Source: an uncultured Chloroflexia bacterium
GTDB taxonomy: Bacteria > Chloroflexota > Chloroflexia > Thermomicrobiales > UBA6265
Length of the DNA: 64,000 nt
Assembly (NCBI GenBank): GCA_963724295.1
Contig: CAVRUC010000010.1
Coordinates: 64,001 to 128,000 of the forward strand
Direction of reading: 5' to 3'
Part shown: piece after piece, positions 29,282 to 39,461 of the stretch
Numbering within the stretch: position 1 is the stretch's first letter
Layout: every line of letters begins with the position of its first letter
Made by a program: the position numbers and the translations under genes
Notes under the pieces: model-generated
What the model saw: the letters and a program-made list of their open reading frames with translations, nothing else
Told to the model about the DNA's origin: nothing
Databases searched by the model: none

Positions 29282-30043
29282 CTAGAGGTGAATCTCCGCC
29301 TGGTTCGTGCGGCACGACTCGGCGCGGACGATGGCGGCAATCTCATTCAATGCGGCTTCGAGCCGGTCCTGCTTGTTGAAGACCACGTAGTCGAAGCTGG
29401 GCGCGGAGGCTAGCTCTCGCGTGGCGGTCGCAAACCGGGTCATCAGCTCCGTCGGATCGTCGGTCTTACGATGCTTGAGCCGCTGCAGCAGCGTCGGCGC
29501 CGACTCGGGCGCCAGGAAGATTGAGACCGCGTCCGGCACGATGCGCTCGATCTCGGCGGCGCCCTGGACATCGACCTTGACGAAGACATCCTGGCCTCGC
29601 GCCAGCGCCGCGCGTACGGGACCCTTCAACACGCCGTAGAGATTGCCGTAGACGGTGGCTGACTCGAGAAACTCCCCCTCGGCGAGCCGCTCACGGAAGT
29701 CGCCCTCGCTGAGAAAAAAGTAGTGAACGCCGTCGATCTCACCAGGGCGGCGCTCCCGGGTCGTGGCCGTAACCGCGAAGAAGGCCTCCGGGAAACGTTC
29801 CCGGAGCTGCTCGATGACGGCATCCTTGCCAACCCCGGATGGCCCGGAGATGATAAAAACCCGCGGGCGGCGGAGCGCTCGCAGGTCACCGATCAGATCG
29901 TCGGCGTCCTCACCAAGATGATCGCCCGCGACCGGCTTTACGTTCATGCTCGCGACCTGGTGGTCCGGTCCCGAGTCGCTGCCGGCTCGCTCACCCGGTT
30001 CCAGCTCGACGACGGCGCTAGCTTCAGACCCGGTCTTCGTCAC
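29282..30043 (-). CDS. gmk: Guanylate kinase
   Basis: SGPSGVGKD, TTRERRPGEIDGVHYFF, DVQGA. Start codon uncertain. Confidence 0.93.
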   Translation of the reverse strand: MTKTGSEASAVVELEPGERAGSDSGPDHQVASMNVKPVAGDHLGEDADDLIGDLRALRRPRVFIISGPSGVGKDAVIEQLRERFPEAFFAVTATTRERRPGEIDGVHYFFLSEGDFRERLAEGEFLESATVYGNLYGVLKGPVRAALARGQDVFVKVDVQGAAEIERIVPDAVSIFLAPESAPTLLQRLKHRKTDDPTELMTRFATATRELASAPSFDYVVFNKQDRLEAALNEIAAIVRAESCRTNQAEIHL

Positions 30044-30092
30044 GCGCGTCCACTTTCCGGGCCACGGGGGCCGATTCGCGAAAGGTTGTTCT

Positions 30093-31974
30093 GTGCCCGA
30101 TCCCTACGATGTCCTCACCGTCGCGGCAATCGCCGACGAGCTGAGCGCGACCATCGGCAACGGCCGTATCCAGCGCATCGGCTTGCTCGATCCGCGCACG
30201 ATTGGCGCCGAGATCTATGCGGGCGGGCAACGTCATCACCTGATTGCCAGCGCTAACGACCGCCAGCCGCGACTTCGGCTCGCGCCTGACATGCCATCGC
30301 TGGACTCAGCTCTGGTCACCCCGTTCGGACTCCTCCTCCGCAAGCACACCCGCGGCGGGATCATCCTTGGCATCGACCAACCGCCGCTGGAACGGTTGGT
30401 GCGCCTCAGTATAGCCAAGCGTCAGGCGCCCCTCAAAACAGGGCGGAGCGCCTCGCGGCCCGATGAGACCGAGATCGAAGTTGATGAACTTGATGAACTT
30501 GATGAACTTGATGAACATCATGAATCCCGGGAGGGAGTAGCGCTGAACCATGTCGCCCTCTACATCGAGCTGATGGGGCGGCGCTCGAACCTGATCCTGG
30601 TCGACGACGGCGGGCGGATCATGGAGAGCGCCAAGCGGGTGACAGGAGCAATGAGCCGCGTGCGGCCGGTACTCCCTCGCCTGCCCTATGTTCCACCGCC
30701 GCCGCCGGATCGACTCGATCCCCGGAGCATCACTCCGGCCTCCGCCGCGCAGCTTCTCGCATCGTTATCACCGGATGCCGGGCTGGCGCGCGCACTCGTC
30801 AGCGCCTATCACGGCCTCAGTCCGATCATGGCCGATGAGATCGTGTTCCGAGCCACGGGTTCGAGCGAGACCCGTGCCGGCGATGTGAACGCGGAGAGCG
30901 CGGAGTCGCTGGCACGCAATACATTGGCGTTGCTGGAGCCGTTGCGGACAACGGCCTGGAGCCCTCACATCTATCGCGAGCGGGGGCAAGCCGATCCGGG
31001 CGAGGTTGTCGCGTGCTCCCCGATCCTGATGACCCACCTCGCCGCGGAACACGACGTCAGCCCGGTCGAGAGCATGTCGGGAGCGCTGGCGACTGGCGGA
31101 GAGCGCCGCCGACCGCCCCAGCCCGGCGCGGCACGCCCAGCGCCGGCAGCGTCTGCTGGACTCGGTGGCAGCGGCGCGTGAGAAGGCAGAACGCCGGTTG
31201 GCGGCGCTGGCGACCGAATCGACACGAGCGGCCGAGGCCGAGCGGCTCAAGACCGCGGGCGAGCTGATCTACGCTCATCTCTGGCAGATCGAACCGGGTC
31301 AGACATCGCTGGAGATCGACGGCGCATCGATTCCGCTCGATCCGGGTCTGACCGCGAACGAGAACGCCCAGAACTACTTCGAGCGCTACCGCAAGGCGCA
31401 GAGCGCGGAGACACAACTGCCGGGCCTGGTCGAGGAGAGCCGGGCGGAGATCGCCTATCTCGACCAACTGGCGACATTGATCGCACAGGCGCCGGGATTC
31501 TCCGAGCTGGAGGCTCTAGCCGCGGAGTTGGCGGAGCTAGCGCCGCCGGATCCTGCATCGCGGCCAAGAAAGTCGACCGCTCCGCGGCGGCCGCGGGCGC
31601 TCGTCGACACAAACGGGAATAGCGTCTACGTTGGCCGCAGTGGCCTCCAAAACGAGCTCGTCACCTTCGACATCGCCGGTCCGGACGACACCTGGCTGCA
31701 CGCGCGCGGCGTCGGCGGCTCACACGTGGTGATCCGCTGGCGATCCCCTGACAGCCCCGAAGCCCCTGAGACCGTCGAAGCGGCGGCCGCCCTAGCCGCC
31801 TGGTACAGCGCGGCACGAGAGAGCGGCCGCGTCGAGGTCGACGTCGCGCCACGGCGCCACGTGCGTAAGATCAAAGGCGCCCGACCCGGGATGGTCACCT
31901 ACCGCAACGAGCGGACGATCCGCGTTCAGCCCACGCCGGAAGAGCGCCTGCGCCACATCCTGTCAGACCGCTGA
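30093..31974 (+). CDS. rqcH: NFACT/FbpA family ribosome quality-control protein (frameshift near 31092)
   Basis: LRKHTRGG, ELMGRRSNLILVD, ENAQNYFERYRKA, GRSGLQNE, WLHARGVGGSHV, AAWYS, PGMVTY. Confidence 0.88.
30481..30516 (+). repeat. In-frame 9-nt tandem repeat (TTGATGAAC)x4 inside rqcH
   Basis: Four exact copies encoding DEL repeats in an acidic insertion. Confidence 0.85.
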
Positions 31975-33357
31975 CTCAGAGCTGTTCGACGAATTATCCG
32001 CGTCCGTCGTCACCAGCACCCGGTCGACCCGGCGGCCATCCATGTCGACGACCTCGAAGCGATGCCCGCTCCAATCGGTGGTGTCGCCGACGTCAGGGAT
32101 CCGCTCCAGACGCGACATCAGGAAACCACCCAGGGTCTCATAGTCCCCGTTCTCTTCACCCGGGAGTGGGTCGTCGATCTCGAGCACGTCGCGCACTTCG
32201 TGCACCGGCAGCGCACCGTCGAGCAACCAGGAGCCGTCGTCCCGGCGCACGACTTCTCCACTCCGCTCCTGGGAGACCGCCAGGTCACCGGTGATGGCTT
32301 CCATGAGATCATGCAGGGAGATCAGCCCCTGGATACCGCCATATTCGTCGACGACCATCGCCGCGTTGCTGGCTCGGTCGCGGAAGCGCTGCAGCACCTC
32401 CAGCGCCGGCATCGACTCGGGAACGATCAGGGCTGGCTCGGTCAACGCGCGCAGATCGATGGGGTCGCCGCTGAGCGAGGCGGCCCACAGTGACTTGACC
32501 GGCGCCATCCCCACCAGCCGATCGAGATCGCCCTCATAGACGGGGAAGATCTGATGCGGCGAAGCGGCCATCTTGCGGAAGCTCTCGTCCAGAGGATCGT
32601 CAACGTCGAGGGCGACCAGTCGATACCGCGGAGTCATCAACTCGCGAGCTTCGCGGTCCCCAAGGTCGAAGATCCCTTCGACCATCTCATGCTCGGCTGG
32701 AGCAAACACTCCCGCCGCCGCCCCCTCCTGAAGCAGGATCTCGATCTCTTCTTCTGTGATGGGCGGGTCGCCGGCGTGTCGCACTCCAAGGAGGCGCAGG
32801 ATGAGGTCCGAGGAAGCGCCGAGGAATGTGACGAGAGGAGCCGCGACCTTGGAGAGGAGATTCATCGGCTGAGCGACCGCCATGGCGAGCCGCTCCGGGT
32901 TCTGCAGTGCCAGGCGCTTCGGCACCAGCTCGCCGACGAGGAGCGAGAGGTAGGTGACGAGCCCGACGACGAGGACCACCGCGATCGTCTGGCTGTACGG
33001 GGCGATGGCCGGAACACGTGCCAGATACCGCGCCACCGGCTCGGAAAGCGTCGCGCCGCCGTAGAAGCCTGTGATGATGCCGATGAGCGTGATACCGATC
33101 TGGACGGTCGACAGAAATCGGTTTGGATGCTCGGCCAGCCGCAGCGCCGCCGCGGCGCGTTCGTCGCCTTCTTCAGCCCATTGCTGCAGCCGTGTCTTGC
33201 GCGCCGAGGCGACAGCCAGCTCGGACATGGCAAACACGCCATTGAGCAGAAAGAGGATGAAAAGCAGGATGATATCCAACGCCACCTTAGGTTCCCTGAC
33301 CGGTGCCAAACGCACGTCCGGCGCGCCAGAACCTGGCGCGCCGGAGGTCATGCACAA
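31963..33357 (-). CDS. Hemolysin/CNNM-CBS-CorC family protein
   Basis: NGVFAMSELA, FLSTVQIGITL, GELVPKRLA, VVDEYGG, YETLGG. The start is probably somewhat downstream. Confidence 0.92.
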   Translation of the reverse strand: MCMTSGAPGSGAPDVRLAPVREPKVALDIILLFILFLLNGVFAMSELAVASARKTRLQQWAEEGDERAAAALRLAEHPNRFLSTVQIGITLIGIITGFYGGATLSEPVARYLARVPAIAPYSQTIAVVLVVGLVTYLSLLVGELVPKRLALQNPERLAMAVAQPMNLLSKVAAPLVTFLGASSDLILRLLGVRHAGDPPITEEEIEILLQEGAAAGVFAPAEHEMVEGIFDLGDREARELMTPRYRLVALDVDDPLDESFRKMAASPHQIFPVYEGDLDRLVGMAPVKSLWAASLSGDPIDLRALTEPALIVPESMPALEVLQRFRDRASNAAMVVDEYGGIQGLISLHDLMEAITGDLAVSQERSGEVVRRDDGSWLLDGALPVHEVRDVLEIDDPLPGEENGDYETLGGFLMSRLERIPDVGDTTDWSGHRFEVVDMDGRRVDRVLVTTDADNSSNSSESAV

Positions 33358-33372
33358 TCGATGCGAGCGGTT

Positions 33373-34203
33373 TCAACTGGTAGCCGGACTCTCCACCGGT
33401 TGGCGAGCGAACAGCCGGGCGATAATGATGCCGGCCTCATAGAGCAGGTACAACGGAAAGAAGACGATCGCCATATTGAACGGGTCGGTCGACGGCGTAA
33501 TCACTGCCGACAGGATGAGCAGGATCAGGATCGCGTATTTGCGGAAGGAGCGCATCTTCGCCGGGCTCGCCACGCCGAGCTTGGCCAGAATGAACATCAC
33601 CACCGGCAGCTGGAACGCCAGTCCCAACCCCAACATCAGCGTCAGGAAGAAGGTGATGACAGAGCTGCCCTCCGGACTCCACTCGAACAGGTCATTCATG
33701 AAGCCAGAGAGAAACGTCAACGCCCGCGGCGCGGCAAAGAAGAAGGCATACGCCACGCCGAGCAGGAATAGCAGGACGACAAACGGCATCGAGAGATAGA
33801 GCAGCCGCTTTTCCTTCTTCGTCAGCCCAGGTACCAGGAACCCCACCAACTGCCACATCAACACCGGCAGTGCGATGCCGATCGCGATGTAGAGGGCGAT
33901 CTTGAAATAGAGCGTGATCGGATCGGTCGGACTGACGACGTCGAAGCCCCCGATGGCGTTGGCTTCGATCTGGAGCCGCTTGAGGAGTGGACCCGCCAGG
34001 AAGATACCAGCGACGAATGCGACGCCAATCGCAATCACGCTCTTGACGATCCGGTCGCGCAGCTCCTCCATGTGCTCGAGGAGCGTCATCTCCTCGAAAA
34101 CGTCGGGCTCGTTGGGATCCGGCAACCGCGGTCGCGACGGCAGTCTGGCCGGAAGCTTGATCGGGATCTTCTTCAGTTTTGGCGGTTTCAGTGCGCGGGC
34201 CAT
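33373..34203 (-). CDS. tatC: Twin-arginine translocase subunit TatC
   Basis: MTLLEHMEELRDRI, PGLTKKEK, FQLP, ITPSTDP, LYE. Confidence 0.95.
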   Translation of the reverse strand: MARALKPPKLKKIPIKLPARLPSRPRLPDPNEPDVFEEMTLLEHMEELRDRIVKSVIAIGVAFVAGIFLAGPLLKRLQIEANAIGGFDVVSPTDPITLYFKIALYIAIGIALPVLMWQLVGFLVPGLTKKEKRLLYLSMPFVVLLFLLGVAYAFFFAAPRALTFLSGFMNDLFEWSPEGSSVITFFLTLMLGLGLAFQLPVVMFILAKLGVASPAKMRSFRKYAILILLILSAVITPSTDPFNMAIVFFPLYLLYEAGIIIARLFARQPVESPATS

Positions 34204-34326
34204 GAGTGGCTCTCTCCAGTCGGTGTGCGGGTGCCGGGCGTGATCGCCGGGGGAGCGGAACGGACGAAGTCGTGCCCCCGCTCGGCCGAGATATGCGGCT
34301 ACCCGCGTCTCACCGCGGACCGCACG

Positions 34327-34563
34327 CTACCCGCTGTGCTCGTCGATATATTGCACCGCATCCGAGACGGTGCGGATATTTTCGGCATCCTCGTCCTTGA
34401 TCTCGAGGTCGAACTCCTGCTCCATCGCCATGATGACTTCGACCAGGTCGAGCGAATCGGCGTTGAGATCGCCGATGAACTCGGAGTCCATCGCTACTTT
34501 GTCTTCGTCGACGCCGAGCCTGTCGGCGACGATCACACGAACGCGCTCAAACGTCGTAGCCAC
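34327..34563 (-). CDS. acpP: Acyl carrier protein
   Basis: [23 protein letters not shown] start after GGGGAGG. Confidence 0.95.
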   Translation of the reverse strand: MATTFERVRVIVADRLGVDEDKVAMDSEFIGDLNADSLDLVEVIMAMEQEFDLEIKDEDAENIRTVSDAVQYIDEHSG

Positions 34564-34757
34564 CCTCGATCCTCCCCACCATACGCCGCACGACACGGAC
34601 GCGTTGGTTCAACGGAGACCCTTCCCCAGGTCTTGCACGTGCAGCAGGTTCCGCGGTACAGCCGCCATCGGCAAAAACCGCGATCGGGCGCGCCTTCAGC
34701 CGTTCGGACCTGACCGCGGCGATGATACACCCTCCCCTGCATGCCGACCATGCGAGT

Positions 34758-34880
34758 CCCCTCATCCCCAACCCTTCTCCCCTCGGAGCGGGGAGAAGGG
34801 AGCACGATCCCGGACACGAGTGGCGCCCCTCTCCAAGCGCACTGGGCCGGGTACCCTCTGGGTGGCGGTTGGGGTGAGGG
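34758..34880. repeat. REP/MITE-like element (CCCTCATCCCCAACC...GGTTGGGGTGAGGG)
   Basis: Terminal inverted repeats plus an internal stem CCCTTCTCCCC/GGGGAGAAGGG. Related to 14012-14092. Confidence 0.65.
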
Positions 34881-34881
34881 A

Positions 34882-35396
34882 CTATTGCTTCGCCGCTGAC
34901 GTTTCATTCGCGCGGGGGTGCGCTTCGAGAATCGTGCGCAGCACGCCGTTGATAAACCGTCCGGAGTTCTCCCCCCGAAACTCTTGGCGAGCTCGACGCC
35001 CTCATTGATGACGACTTTCGGCGGCACGTTCGGGGCATGCAGCAGCTCATATGCCGCCAGTCGCAAGACGTTGCGCTCGATGGCGGCTTGCTCGGCGAGA
35101 TCGCGCGCCGGCGCCGCTCCGGCGATGACCGGATCGAGCGATGTGCGATGCTGGCCGACGCCCCGCACGAGTGTTTGCACATGCGCGACCACGTCAGGGG
35201 TGACAGGCTCATGCTCCGCGAACGCCCGCGCCATGGCTTCTTCCGGATCGTGGTCTGTCAGGTCGATCTCGTAGAGCACCTGCAGAGCAAGCATTCGCCC
35301 CTGGTGGCGGCGCGCCGCGACATCGGCCGAGGATCCCCGACTTCGTCCTCCACGCCGTGCGGGTTTCGATACGACGTGCTCCTCTTCGGTCGTCAC
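34882..35396 (-). CDS. nusB: Transcription antitermination factor NusB (frameshift in the C6 run at 34971-34976)
   Basis: RMLALQVLYE, ERNVLRLAAYEL, PPKVVINEGVELAKSFGG. Adding one base restores ENSGRFINGVLRTI. Confidence 0.9.
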
Positions 35397-35451
35397 CGCT
35401 GCTCCTCGGATTCCATCGTTTGCGCGTTTGCCTGAGTGCGTGGACCCGAGA

Positions 35452-36864
35452 TCAGACCTCGGCCAGGACGGCTTCGTCATTGGCGTCCGGACTCGTCATG
35501 ACCTGCTGCCGGGCCACGGCGCGCGAGATGAACCCGGTGTCATACGTCCCCGCGCGAAACTCGTCGTCCGCGACAATGCTCCGCAAGAACGATACCGTCT
35601 GTGGCACCCCGGTGATCACCGTCTCGGTCAAGGCGCGCTCCATCCGCGCCGCCGCCTCGTCGCGGTCCCGACCCCAGGCAATGATCTTCCCCAGCAGCGA
35701 ATCGTAGTACGGCGGCACGCTGTACCCGGCGTAGAGGTGAGAATCGACCCGGACACCGGGTCCGCCGGGCGCCACGTAGGTCTCGACCGTGCCGATGCTC
35801 GGTGCAAAGTCGTTTGTCGCATCTTCGGCGGTGATCCGGCATTCGATCGCGTGCCCACGCGGCTCGCGGTCACGTTCGGTCAGCGTGAGGCGAGCTCCGG
35901 CGGCAATGCGGATCTGCCACGCCACGAGATCGAGCCCGGTGGTCATCTCCGTGACCGGGTGCTCGACCTGGATCCGCGTGTTCATCTCCATGAAGTAGTA
36001 ATTGCCGTTGGTATCGACCAGGAATTCGAGCGTTCCCGCGTTGGTGTAGCGCGCCGCTTTGGCGCCTTTCACGGCTGCGCTGAGGAGGGCGTCACGGGTC
36101 TTCCGCGCCAGGTTTGGCGCGGGGGCTTCTTCGATCAATTTCTGATGTCGACGCTGGATCGAGCAATCGCGCTCGCCGACGGCCAGCACGTTGCCGGTGT
36201 TGTCGGCCAGCACCTGAACCTCGACATGGCGGGGGCGGTCGATAAATCGCTCCAGGTAGACATCCCCGTTGCCAAATGCCGCCTCGGCTTCCGCCTGGGC
36301 CAGGGGCAGCGCACGCGTCAGATCAGTCTCATCTCGCACGGTCCGCATCCCGCGGCCACCTCCGCCGGCGACCGCCTTGACCAGCAGCGGATACCCAATA
36401 CGGCGCGCGATCTGACGGGCCTCGCCCAGGTTTTGCAGCGGACCGTCACTGCCGGGCACGATGGGAACGCCCGCCTTTTTCATCATCTTGCGGGCCTCAG
36501 CCTTGTTCCCCATCAGTTCGATGACTTCCGGACGCGGACCAATGAAGGTCACCCCGACCTGCCCGCAGACCTCGGCCAGATAGGGATTCTCGGCGAGAAA
36601 CCCGTAGCCCGGATGAATGGCGTCGCACCCGGTGATCAGCGCCGCGCTGACGATCGCCGGGATGTTGTTATAGGAGCGCGCTGCCTGCGCCGGACCGATA
36701 CAGACCGCTTCATCCGCGAGCCGGACCGGAAGTGAGTCGCGGTCGGCGTCGCTGTACGCGACCACGGCGCGCAAACCCAGGTCGTGGCAGGCGCGCAGGA
36801 TGCGCAGCGCGATCTCGCCGCGATTGGCGATCAGGATCTTTCGGAATAGCGGTTGATCAGACAT
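35452..36864 (-). CDS. accC: Acetyl-CoA carboxylase, biotin carboxylase subunit
   Basis: KILIANRGEIA, HPGYGFLAEN, GGGGRGM, EMNTRIQVEHPVTE. Confidence 0.96.
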   Translation of the reverse strand: MSDQPLFRKILIANRGEIALRILRACHDLGLRAVVAYSDADRDSLPVRLADEAVCIGPAQAARSYNNIPAIVSAALITGCDAIHPGYGFLAENPYLAEVCGQVGVTFIGPRPEVIELMGNKAEARKMMKKAGVPIVPGSDGPLQNLGEARQIARRIGYPLLVKAVAGGGGRGMRTVRDETDLTRALPLAQAEAEAAFGNGDVYLERFIDRPRHVEVQVLADNTGNVLAVGERDCSIQRRHQKLIEEAPAPNLARKTRDALLSAAVKGAKAARYTNAGTLEFLVDTNGNYYFMEMNTRIQVEHPVTEMTTGLDLVAWQIRIAAGARLTLTERDREPRGHAIECRITAEDATNDFAPSIGTVETYVAPGGPGVRVDSHLYAGYSVPPYYDSLLGKIIAWGRDRDEAAARMERALTETVITGVPQTVSFLRSIVADDEFRAGTYDTGFISRAVARQQVMTSPDANDEAVLAEV

Positions 36865-36967
36865 CGGCGTGCGGCGTGGGATACCCTCTCGCGTCGCTTA
36901 CGGCCCGGACGGCAAGCATAGTCCAGAGGCGACTTGCGTCATCACGGAGCCGTTGCGCCGCATGCGA

Positions 36968-37474
36968 TCACCCGCCCTGAGCCTCGCGATCGTCGGCCAT
37001 GGCCTGCTCGCGTGATCCGGCATGCCAGTCGCCGATGCGCTGGGCAAGCGCGGGATCTGCCACGCCCAGAATCTTCGCCGCCGCCAGCGCCGCGGCCTCC
37101 GGCTCCAGCACGAGCATTGGCGCCACTCCGCCCGGCATACGCACCGTCGAGAGGAGATCCATGCCAGCGAAACGCTCCCCGTAGGGCGGGCAAGCGATGA
37201 CGGGGTGGCGCGAGTTGGCATCGACGACGCCCGAGAGCGCGTTGGAGCGGCCGGCGACCGTGACGTACACGTGAGGCTGACCATCCTGTTCATAGGCGTC
37301 GAGGAGGTCGAGGAGATATCGCGTCACCCTGTGTGCAGAAGCGATCCGCGTTTCGTGAGTGACCCCGAAGCGGTCAAGCCCGCGCGCGATCGCCGCGCGA
37401 TGCTCCATGTCGGACCTTGATCCGAGCAGGATGATAACCTGTGGTCCCAGTGTGCTCCCCGAACCGTCCATCAA
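36968..37474 (-). CDS. purE: AIR carboxylase, class II-type PurE
   Basis: LGSRSD, IASAHR, VAGRSNALSG, PVIACPP. Confidence 0.88.
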   Translation of the reverse strand: MMDGSGSTLGPQVIILLGSRSDMEHRAAIARGLDRFGVTHETRIASAHRVTRYLLDLLDAYEQDGQPHVYVTVAGRSNALSGVVDANSRHPVIACPPYGERFAGMDLLSTVRMPGGVAPMLVLEPEAAALAAAKILGVADPALAQRIGDWHAGSREQAMADDREAQGG

Positions 37475-37478
37475 CCCC

Positions 37479-38159
37479 CTACCTCTCTACGTTCGTCGCC
37501 GAAACCGCCGCTAGCGCCATGGCGACTCCACGGGGCAGGAGCCGGTGCTCGACGGACTTGATCCGCTCATGCAGCCCGTCCTCGTCGTCGCCAGGCAGAA
37601 TCGGCACTTCCTCACGCAGGATGACCGGACCGCAGTCCACGACGTTCGTCACGTAGTGGACCGTCGCTCCGGTAGCCGGCAGCCGTTGCCTGAGCGCATC
37701 TCGCACTGTGCGGGGACCGCGTAACGCTGGCAGGCGCCCGTGGCTGGTGAGCACCTCAACGCCATCGCCATCCGGGAGGAGTGCCGGGTGCACGTTGACG
37801 ATCCGCCCCGGAAACGCATTCAGGAACCACGGGCTGAGGATCAGCATCCAACCGGCAAGGACGATCAGATCGGGCTCGAAGGCGCCCGTCACCGCGGCCA
37901 GCCGGCGGTCATAGGCTTCACGCACGCCCGGATCGCGGCGATCGGCGAGCGGCAGCAAGACCGTGGCCACCCCAGCGGCCGCCGCTCGCCGCAAAGCGCC
38001 GGCATCGACACGGTTGCTGACGACCACGGCCACCTCGGCCTCGAGCGTGCCGCATGCGGTGGCGTCGAGCAGCGCTTGCAGGTTCGTCCCGGAGCCAGAG
38101 GCGAGCACCGCGATCCGGGGCGAGGGCAAGCGCGCGTACTCGTTCACGGTCGAGCTCAC
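37479..38159 (-). CDS. purN: Phosphoribosylglycinamide formyltransferase
   Basis: LASGSGTNLQA, VLAGWM, NVHPALLP, GATVHYV, EHRL. GTG start overlaps the corrected purD stop. Confidence 0.9.
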   Translation of the reverse strand: MSSTVNEYARLPSPRIAVLASGSGTNLQALLDATACGTLEAEVAVVVSNRVDAGALRRAAAAGVATVLLPLADRRDPGVREAYDRRLAAVTGAFEPDLIVLAGWMLILSPWFLNAFPGRIVNVHPALLPDGDGVEVLTSHGRLPALRGPRTVRDALRQRLPATGATVHYVTNVVDCGPVILREEVPILPGDDEDGLHERIKSVEHRLLPRGVAMALAAVSATNVER

Positions 38160-39461
38160 GCCGGTAGGGATACCAGGGACATCGCGACGTCGCGGCGTAG
38201 CTGCATGCCGTCGAACTGGATCATATCCGCCGCCGCGTACGCACGCTCCGCCGCAGTGGGCTAGATCGGCCCCCGTGCCGACGACCGACAGAACTCGACC
38301 ACCGCTTGTGACGAGCCGCCCGTTGCGCTCGCCGGTTCCAGCGTGGAAGACGCGCGCTCCGCTCTGGAGCGCGGCTTCGATGCCATGGATTGGATCCCCC
38401 GCACGCGGCCGCTCAGGGTACCCGTCCGCCGCGAGGACGACGCACACGGCGGCGCCGGGGTGCGTCGCGATGGTCTCGGTCGCGAGCCGTCCCTCGGCGC
38501 AGGCTAGCAATAACTCCCCCAGGTCGAGATCGAGCAGGGGCACGATGACCTGCGTCTCCGGATCGCCGAAGCGGCAGTTGAACTCGAGCGCCATCGGCCC
38601 CGCGGAGGTCAGCATCAGCCCGGCATAGAGCGCGCCGCGATAGGGCCGCCCCTCGGCCCGTAGCCCGGCGACGGCCGGCTCGAGTACGCACTGGCGCACA
38701 CGAGCCAGGAGGTCCGGATCGAGATCATTCACCGGCGCGTAACTACCCATGCCTCCGGTGTTCGGACCCAGGTCGCCGTCCCGCAGCCGCTTGTAGTCCC
38801 GCGCCGGGGGCAGCATCGCGATCCGCTCGCCGTCGACGACGGCGATCACGCTCAGCTCCTCCCCTTCGAGGAACGCTTCGATCACGACCCGGTCGCCGGC
38901 CGCCTGAAACGCCCGATCAACCAGCATCGAGTGGACCGCGTCCTCGGCCTCGGCCTGGGTCGCGCAGATCAACACACCTTTGCCAGCCGCCAGACCGTCG
39001 GCCTTCACCACCAGGGGCGCGCCGGCCGTCCGGATGAAGTCGACGGCCGTTTCCAGCTCGGTGAATACGCCATACGGCGCCGTCGGAATACCGTGCCGGC
39101 GCATGAAGTCCTTGGCAAAAGCCTTCGACCACTCCAACTCCGCGGCGGCACGACTGGGACCGAACACGGGGATGCCACGCGCATCGAGATGATCGGCCAG
39201 CCCCAGCGCCAGCGGCGCCTCCGGACCGACGATGACCAAGCCCATGTCATGGGTCTCGGCCCAATCGGCGATAACTTCCACATCCGTGATGGGAAGATCC
39301 ACTGTTCGCGCCACTGTCGCGATCCCAGGATTCCCGGGCGCCGCCCAGACTCCTCCTACCGACGGCGAGCGCGCAAGCGCCCACACCAAGGCGTGCTCTC
39401 TGGCGCCCGCGCCCACGACGAGCACGGGAAATGGCCCGGTCCGGACGGATTGAGTCATCAT
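38156..39461 (-). CDS. purD: Phosphoribosylamine-glycine ligase (frameshift at 38258-38260)
   Basis: GAGAREHAL, KADGLAAGKGV, GPNTGGMG, EFNCRFGDPE, GGRVL. The canonical tail AYAAADMIQFDGMQLRRDV lies in the shifted frame and ends at TGA 38156. Confidence 0.92.

Noticed and set aside
25569..35396. priA, rqcH and nusB as true pseudogenes
   Set aside because: Each has a single indel and no other decay, so sequencing error is more likely.
37479..39461. PurD-PurN fusion (660-aa ORF)
   Set aside because: The conserved PurD tail lies in another frame after an extra base at 38258-38260 and ends at a TGA overlapping the purN GTG. The fusion is a frameshift artefact.
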